DNA of 10,803 nucleotides from Campylobacterota bacterium (GTDB lineage Bacteria; Campylobacterota; Campylobacteria; Campylobacterales; Sulfurovaceae): NCBI GenBank assembly GCA_034722955.1, contig JAYEOM010000097.1, positions 1 to 10,803 of the forward strand, read 5' to 3'. Shown piece by piece: positions 8,399 to 10,803 of this stretch (position 1 is its first letter; each line of letters starts with the position of its first letter). The notes under the pieces were generated by a model. It saw only the letters and a program-made list of their open reading frames with translations, ran no database searches and was not told where the DNA came from. The position numbers and the translations under genes were made by a program.

Positions 8399-9961
8399 AT
8401 GGCATACTTGATGACGATAGATGCAGGGACAGGGTCTGTTCGTGCGGTGATATTTGATGAGGCAGGCAGAGAGATAGCAGTTGGTCAGCATGAGTGGTCA
8501 CATTTGGCAGAGGAGGGTGTGGCGGACTCTATGGGGTTTGATTTTCGGACAAACTGGAAGATCACATCGCAGTGTATAGAAGAGGCGATCAGCAGTGCAC
8601 AGATAGATGCAGAGGATATCCTCGCAGTGACAGCTTCATCGATGCGTGAGGGTATCGTACTATATGATGCAGAGGGCGATGAGCTTTGGGGTGTTGCCAA
8701 TGTCGATGCTCGTGCTTCAGCAGAGGTGAGAGAGCTCAAAGAGAAGTTCCCAGATATAGAAGAGGAGTTCTATATGGAGTCGGGACAGACTTTTGCTCTG
8801 GGTGCTCTGCCTAGATTGCTCTGGGTCAAAAAACATAGACCAGATATCTATAAGAGAACTGCCAAACTCTCTATGATCAGTGATTGGGTTTTGGCTAAAC
8901 TCTCAGGAGTCATTGCTGCGGATCCTTCCAATGCTGGGACTACTGGGATATTTTCTCTCTCTAGTAGAGAGTGGGAGGTTGGGCAAGCTAGACAAGTAGG
9001 TCTCAAGGATGATATCTTCCCTCCTCTCTATGAGCCTTCAGAGGTCATCGGTGAAGTTACTAGAAGAGCGAGTAATGAGACTGGATTAGCCCAAGGTACA
9101 AGAGTAGTGATGGGTGGTGGTGATGTACAGCTCGGTTCGGCAGGATTGGGTGTGGTGCGAGAGGGTGAGAGTGCTATACTTGGTGGAAGCTTTTGGCAGC
9201 AGATCGTCAATATTGATGCTTCGGTTACTCCCCCTTCGGATATCTCTCTGCGTATCAATCCGCATGTGGTCGGTGGGTTGTCACAAGCTGAGGGGATCAC
9301 ATTTTTTAGTGGGCTAGTGATGCGTTGGTTTCGAGATGCTCTCTGTGATATCGAGAAGATAGAAGCAGATCGCAGAGGCGTTGATGTCTATGAAGTACTC
9401 GAAGAGATGGCCGCTAAAGTACCGGTAGGTTCTCACGGCATCATACCTATCTTCTCTGATGCGATGAGATATGGCAAGTGGTATCATGCCAGCCCCTCGT
9501 TTCTCAATCTAACTCTTGATCCATTGATCTGTAACAGAGCTAGCATGTTTAGAAGCCTTGAGGAGAATGCAGCGATCGTCTCAGCGATCAATTTGGAAAA
9601 TATCAGCTCTTTCTCGGGTATAGAGAGTGAGAGTTTGACCTTTGCAGGAGGAGCGAGCAGGGGTAGACTCTGGTCACAAATACTCGCTGATGTCACCGGC
9701 AGAGAGATCCGTATCCCCGTGGTCAAAGAGGCAACTTCCCTAGGGGGCGCTATGATGGCAGGGATCGGAGCCGGCATATACAGTGATATCGATGAGGTTG
9801 CAAAAGAGCTTGTCAAGTGGGAACGAACTGTTGAGCCAAACCGAGAGAACTATGCAAAATACCAAGAGATCAAAGAGCAGTGGCAGGAGATATATGCAGC
9901 ACAACTCAAACTTGTCGATCAGGGTCTATTGAGATCTATGTGGAAAGCACCAGGAGTATAA
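8399..9961 (+). CDS. lsrK: Autoinducer-2 (DPD) kinase, FGGY family
   Basis: YLMTIDAGTGSVRAVIFD, SMREGIVLY, ANVDARA, DPSNAGTTG, GGGDVQLG, FWQQIVN, WYHASPSFLNL, LEENAAIVSA and the C-terminal WKAPGV match enteric LsrK colinearly (from memory). SD AAGGAG at 8388-8393. Confidence 0.92.
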   Translation: MAYLMTIDAGTGSVRAVIFDEAGREIAVGQHEWSHLAEEGVADSMGFDFRTNWKITSQCIEEAISSAQIDAEDILAVTASSMREGIVLYDAEGDELWGVANVDARASAEVRELKEKFPDIEEEFYMESGQTFALGALPRLLWVKKHRPDIYKRTAKLSMISDWVLAKLSGVIAADPSNAGTTGIFSLSSREWEVGQARQVGLKDDIFPPLYEPSEVIGEVTRRASNETGLAQGTRVVMGGGDVQLGSAGLGVVREGESAILGGSFWQQIVNIDASVTPPSDISLRINPHVVGGLSQAEGITFFSGLVMRWFRDALCDIEKIEADRRGVDVYEVLEEMAAKVPVGSHGIIPIFSDAMRYGKWYHASPSFLNLTLDPLICNRASMFRSLEENAAIVSAINLENISSFSGIESESLTFAGGASRGRLWSQILADVTGREIRIPVVKEATSLGGAMMAGIGAGIYSDIDEVAKELVKWERTVEPNRENYAKYQEIKEQWQEIYAAQLKLVDQGLLRSMWKAPGV

Positions 9962-9963
9962 AA

Positions 9964-10341
9964 ATGCATTTAACTAGTGAAAACAACCATGACTACAGAT
10001 TTGGAACCCATGGCCCAAAATATCTGACCGATGGAACAAGCAATGTAGATATGGGTGTAGTAGTCATCACATCTGGAGAGTCGCACCCCTGTCATAAACA
10101 TACACAACAAGAGGAGTCATTTTTGGTACTAGAGGGAGAGTGTGAAGTGTGGGTAGACGGGGAACTTGTCATGCTGAAAAAGGGTGATTATCTTGTCTGC
10201 GAGAAGGGGGAGGCACACTTTTTTAGAAATGTCAGTGGTGAGGATTTTAAAGCAGCCTTTATCAAGGCACCCCGACTTGATTTTAAAGATAGTCTCTATA
10301 TCGAGTGGGAGCCAGGTAGAGTATTTCCAAAAGAGGATTAG
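9964..10341 (+). CDS. Cupin-domain metalloprotein (125 aa)
   Basis: HPCHKHTQQEESFLVLEGE ... GDYL ... GEAHFFRN cupin motifs. SD AGGAG at 9952-9956 supports the ATG at 9964, 2 bp after the lsrK stop. Confidence 0.88.
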   Translation: MHLTSENNHDYRFGTHGPKYLTDGTSNVDMGVVVITSGESHPCHKHTQQEESFLVLEGECEVWVDGELVMLKKGDYLVCEKGEAHFFRNVSGEDFKAAFIKAPRLDFKDSLYIEWEPGRVFPKED

Positions 10342-10625
10342 TCTAGACTGCTGAGATTGTGTGAATACTTCTCAGCGGTAAAGGGTTCAAAGTTGGCTTT
10401 GTAGTGTTTGTAGTGGTCTGAGTTTTTATGACCCTCTAGGGCATCATCATCTTTCCAGCTCTCCAAGACGACGAAAGTCGTTGGCTTGTCTGTCAATTGA
10501 TGAATATGGTAAAATAGACACCCATCCTCTGCTCGTGAAGCATCCACCATCGTGAGGAGTAGAGCTTTGAGCTCTTCTATATTCGTCTCTTTGGCAACAA
10601 ATTTAACCTGTTTTGTGATTGTCAT
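10338..10625 (-). CDS. ABM-family protein (putative quinol monooxygenase / LsrG fold)
   Basis: SRAEDGCLFY ... FVVLESWKDDDALEGHKNSDHYK ABM signature; SD AGGAG on the minus strand at 10631-10635. Confidence 0.88.
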   Translation of the reverse strand: MTITKQVKFVAKETNIEELKALLLTMVDASRAEDGCLFYHIHQLTDKPTTFVVLESWKDDDALEGHKNSDHYKHYKANFEPFTAEKYSHNLSSLD

Positions 10626-10676
10626 TAGATCTCCTATTTATAAAATTTGAACCCGAATTATGCAATAAAATTGCTT

Positions 10677-10803
10677 AGGCTACCCCAAGGAGATAAACAC
10701 ACAAATAGCTTTATGAGGTTTTTCATAGACAAGGCAATCGTTTGAAGTACTAGCCTTAGCTAATTGCCCGTAGGAAATGCCCTTGGGGTACAAAAACGAT
10801 TAA
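10677..10803. repeat. Composite REP-like palindromic repeat, right copy (runs off the window end)
   Basis: Inverted copy of modules 531-562 and 434-496. Internal inverted 10-mers TACCCCAAGG (10681-10690) and CCTTGGGGTA (10781-10790). Confidence 0.9.

Noticed and set aside
818..9816. Shadow ORFs (e.g. 818-1168, 3052-3291, 3592-4050, 4546-4872, 6119-6517, 6494-7144, 9484-9816)
   Set aside because: They are antisense or alternate-frame overlaps of well-supported genes and have no motifs.
9880..9963. N-terminal extension of the cupin ORF
   Set aside because: It overlaps lsrK, and a good SD precedes the ATG at 9964.
407..10803. Composite transposon carrying the whole block
   Set aside because: No intact transposase, no visible target duplication, and the cargo is largely housekeeping.

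Overview
Chromosomal segment, probably from a Campylobacterota (Sulfurovum/Sulfurimonas-like) bacterium; the taxon is inferred from protein style and from promoters dominated by -10 boxes. Bases 1-740 hold decayed fragments: a palindromic element, an Rhs/YD-repeat remnant, a composite REP-like repeat and an internally deleted HUH/Y1 (RAYT-like) transposase. Next come rhlE with a structured leader, two small genes, a lysozyme/SLT-fold protein, argG with a C-terminal extension and an acidic hypothetical gene. metF (minus strand) is divergent from a tightly packed serB - class II aldolase - lsrK - cupin operon, which converges on an ABM/LsrG-fold gene. The window ends in an inverted copy of the left-hand composite repeat. 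The main candidate novel system is a non-canonical AI-2/DPD processing module (LsrK, class II aldolase, cupin, ABM; no lsrACDB, lsrR or lsrF in the window) linked to methyl-cycle genes.
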